Positions 43,401 to 45,441 of a stretch of DNA of 45,441 nucleotides are shown piece after piece (the first letter of the stretch is position 1; each line of letters opens with the position of its first letter). The notes under the pieces are model-generated. The model saw nothing but the letters and a program-made list of their open reading frames with translations. It was not told the DNA's origin and searched no databases. The DNA lies in IMG/VR virus record IMGVR_UViG_3300037419_000703, positions 1-45,441 of that record; one strand, given 5' to 3'. Position numbers and translations under genes: made by a program. The stretch comes from a virus. Lineage: Duplodnaviria > Caudoviricetes.

Positions 43401-45332
43401 ATGATTTTCTACGATACCAAGTCCTCTGTTCCTGCTGAAGCCTTCAACCCGGAAACGCTGGGCGGTAAGGGTTACGGTCTGGTTTGGATGACCAACAACG
43501 GAATCAATGTTCCCCCGGCAATCATCATCCCCACTTCTGTGTGCGTTGAGTACATGAAGAAGCCCAAGACGGTGATGAAGGAGATTGCGAAGCACTATGA
43601 CGCTTTCGCTGACTTCTTCATTGACCAGTTCGGGTACATGCCGCTGCTGTCGGTGCGCTCCGGTGCGCGTGTGTCGATGCCCGGTATGATGGACACGATC
43701 CTCAACGTGGGGCTAACCCCCAATACTGAGGCTTTCTGGAAAGAAAAGTTGGGGGAAACCTGCGCAACTGATTGCAACAACCGCCTGTACGAAATGTACT
43801 GCGCCACGGTATTGGGCATGAATAAGGAGGAAATCCAGGGGGCGTGGGCGGCTGGAACCAAGCTGGTCCCGAACACCCCAAAGGAACAAACCCTTGCGGC
43901 CATAGAAGCCGTATTCAAGTCGTGGAACAACGACCGGGCCAAGTTCTACCGCAAGATGCACAACATCCCGGAAGAATGGGGCACTGCCGTGGTGTTGCAG
44001 GCCATGGTCTTTGGCAATATGGGCGAGACCTCGTGTACTGGTGTGCTGTTCACCCGGAACCCGGACACTGGAAGTGCTGTGGTGACTGGAGAATTCCTTG
44101 TGAATGCCCAAGGAGAAGATGTGGTGGCGGGTGTGAAGACCCCACAAAAGCTGCTTCAAATGGCCGACTGGAATGGTTCGGTCTACTTAGAGTTGTTGGC
44201 TAACGTCAAGAAGATGGAAGACCTGAAGGGTGACGTGCAAGACGTGGAATTCACGGTGCAGGAAGGCAAGCTGTACATCCTCCAGACCCGGAACGCCAAG
44301 CGGACCCCGATGGCCACTGTGCGGATAGCCGTGGATTACTTCCAAGAGGGGAAGTTGAGCCGTGAAGAGGCCCTGAAGCGCGTCAAGGTGGTGGACTATG
44401 ACATTGCCAACCAAGACGTTCTGGACCCCTCCTTCAAGGACGAACCTTGGGTGACTGGCATCCCGGCTTGCTCTGGTGTGGTGACTGGCAAGGTGGTGCT
44501 GAGCGCACAAGCGGCAGTGGACTCTAAAGAACCATGCATTCTGATCACCAAAGAGACCACCCCGGATGACATCGCTGGCATGTTTGCGGCCAAGGGTGTG
44601 GTGACCATGGAGGGCGGGGCAACCTCTCACGCTGCTGTGGTGGCGCGGGGCATGAACAAGCCCTGCGTGGTGGGGGTGGGGATCGATGTCAAGGAGTTTG
44701 CAGAGGGATCAACCGTATCTTTCGACGGTGCGACTGGACGAATCTGGCTGAAAGAGGTTCCGGTGGTGAAGGGAAGTGGCAACCCGACCCTGAAGCGCTT
44801 CGATGAACTGTTGTTTGGAAACAACGTTGTTCCAGTGGGTGAAGTGGTGAACAGCAAGGTGCTGATCAACGGAAACATCTACATTTCCGATCCGCAAGCC
44901 TTGGCGCAATTGATTGCAAAAGTGCCTAAAGGCACGAAAGTGTTCCTTGACCTGACGGACCACGACGAAGAAATCGTCAACGAGTTCAACAGCATGTTCT
45001 ACCTGCATGGGGCCAAGATGGATGTCCAAGTGGTTTCCCTGCTGGCCAACCTGAACTCTTCCCCCCTGGCGAAGACAGGAAACTTGACGGTGTTTGTTTC
45101 CGGTGATTACGTGGGGTTCCCCAACCTGAAGTTGGTGGTCGGAGCGGGGAAGCTGGAGCAGTTCTTGATGGCGAATGGCGGGTATTGGGTGGGTGATGTG
45201 GACCCGGCAGTGATGAAGCTGATGGATTTGAAGACTAAGGCCGGGGAAAAATGCGGCGTGCTGGGGGCTTACAGTGAAAAAGATGAGTGCTTCCAATCAA
45301 AAAGTAGCCTGATGGCTAGATTGCTGTCCTGA
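43401..45332 (+). CDS. PPDK-like dikinase: ATP-grasp and phospho-His domains with a non-canonical C-terminal domain
   Basis: LGGKG, SVRSGA.VSMPGMMDT.LN, NAQGEDVVAG, QDVEFT, GGATSHAAVVARG; no PEP/pyruvate-binding barrel. Confidence 0.85.
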   Translation: MIFYDTKSSVPAEAFNPETLGGKGYGLVWMTNNGINVPPAIIIPTSVCVEYMKKPKTVMKEIAKHYDAFADFFIDQFGYMPLLSVRSGARVSMPGMMDTILNVGLTPNTEAFWKEKLGETCATDCNNRLYEMYCATVLGMNKEEIQGAWAAGTKLVPNTPKEQTLAAIEAVFKSWNNDRAKFYRKMHNIPEEWGTAVVLQAMVFGNMGETSCTGVLFTRNPDTGSAVVTGEFLVNAQGEDVVAGVKTPQKLLQMADWNGSVYLELLANVKKMEDLKGDVQDVEFTVQEGKLYILQTRNAKRTPMATVRIAVDYFQEGKLSREEALKRVKVVDYDIANQDVLDPSFKDEPWVTGIPACSGVVTGKVVLSAQAAVDSKEPCILITKETTPDDIAGMFAAKGVVTMEGGATSHAAVVARGMNKPCVVGVGIDVKEFAEGSTVSFDGATGRIWLKEVPVVKGSGNPTLKRFDELLFGNNVVPVGEVVNSKVLINGNIYISDPQALAQLIAKVPKGTKVFLDLTDHDEEIVNEFNSMFYLHGAKMDVQVVSLLANLNSSPLAKTGNLTVFVSGDYVGFPNLKLVVGAGKLEQFLMANGGYWVGDVDPAVMKLMDLKTKAGEKCGVLGAYSEKDECFQSKSSLMARLLS

Positions 45333-45343
45333 AATATAGGAGA

Positions 45344-45377
45344 ATACCCGAAAGTCCCCAAAAGGAGTTTCGGGTAT
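45344..45377. other. hairpin after PPDK-like gene
   Basis: ATACCCGAAA/TTTCGGGTAT 10-bp stem; no T tract. Confidence 0.5.
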
Positions 45378-45441
45378 GTCCCCTCGTACTGAATGTCCCA
45401 AGTGTGCATCCAACAATGCGTACTACCAGCGCACAGAGCAT

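Larger units (their letters stand above)
3239..44918. repeat. dispersed palindromic site TGCGCAAT-(TG/CA)-ATTGCGCA, core GCAATTGA[TG]TGC, 22 copies
   Basis: Copies read by eye near 3239, 6175, 6931, 7409, 9427, 10440, 10768, 12607, 12868, 15723, 17261, 19217 (perfect 18-mer), 23226, 24007, 27543, 28553, 31732, 36726, 36934, 40791, 41451, 44904. Confidence 0.9.

Noticed and set aside
3239-44918. Dispersed palindrome as a CRISPR array or FNR box
   Set aside because: Copies are hundreds to thousands of bp apart in both orientations, with no 30-40 bp spacers; FNR needs TTGAT-N4-ATCAA, which this site does not match
201-45296. Long minus-strand ORFs (e.g. 3113-4336, 13110-14381, 19507-21126, 36820-38085, 39148-40494)
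   Set aside because: Antisense shadows of well-supported + strand genes; no RBS, no recognisable motifs, and all promoters point to +
1-45441. Stop-codon reassignment
   Set aside because: Conserved genes are full length and tile tightly under the standard code; TAG is rare but ends ORFs normally (5470, 14622)

Overview
A 45.4-kb segment of a large tailed dsDNA phage genome, with all credible genes on the + strand; small-protein signatures tentatively suggest a Burkholderiales (Oxalobacteraceae-like) host. It carries a recombination block (probable RecA-like C-terminus, PD-(D/E)XK resolvase, Cas4-like exonuclease, RuvC-like resolvase), about 60 small early/accessory ORFs behind some 16 near-consensus sigma70 promoters, nucleotide-metabolism genes (dUTPase, class II RNR, ThyX-like), an AlkB-like dioxygenase, terminase small and large subunits, an amidoligase, a 1013-aa Pro/Thr-linker protein, tRNA-Gly plus an aberrant tRNA-like RNA, and a truncated PPDK-like dikinase. 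Four signals stand out. (1) An effector locus at 36.1-42.9 kb: a 1472-aa protein of five modules, each opened by the tag K-[FH]-N-P-[NY]-H-[DG]-x(2,3)-G-[RQK]-F, with the same tag starting a separate zeta-toxin-like gene; small partner ORFs follow the modules (one hidden in the +1 frame inside the large ORF), and an ADP-ribosylglycohydrolase lies between the tagged genes. (2) 22 dispersed copies of a palindromic site, TGCGCAAT-(TG/CA)-ATTGCGCA, in both orientations, inside and between genes. (3) Shine-Dalgarno sequences of early genes displayed as an AGGAG loop on a covarying hairpin. (4) A structured non-coding region of about 400 nt at 4160-4560. All family assignments come from motif recognition by eye; no database searches were run.
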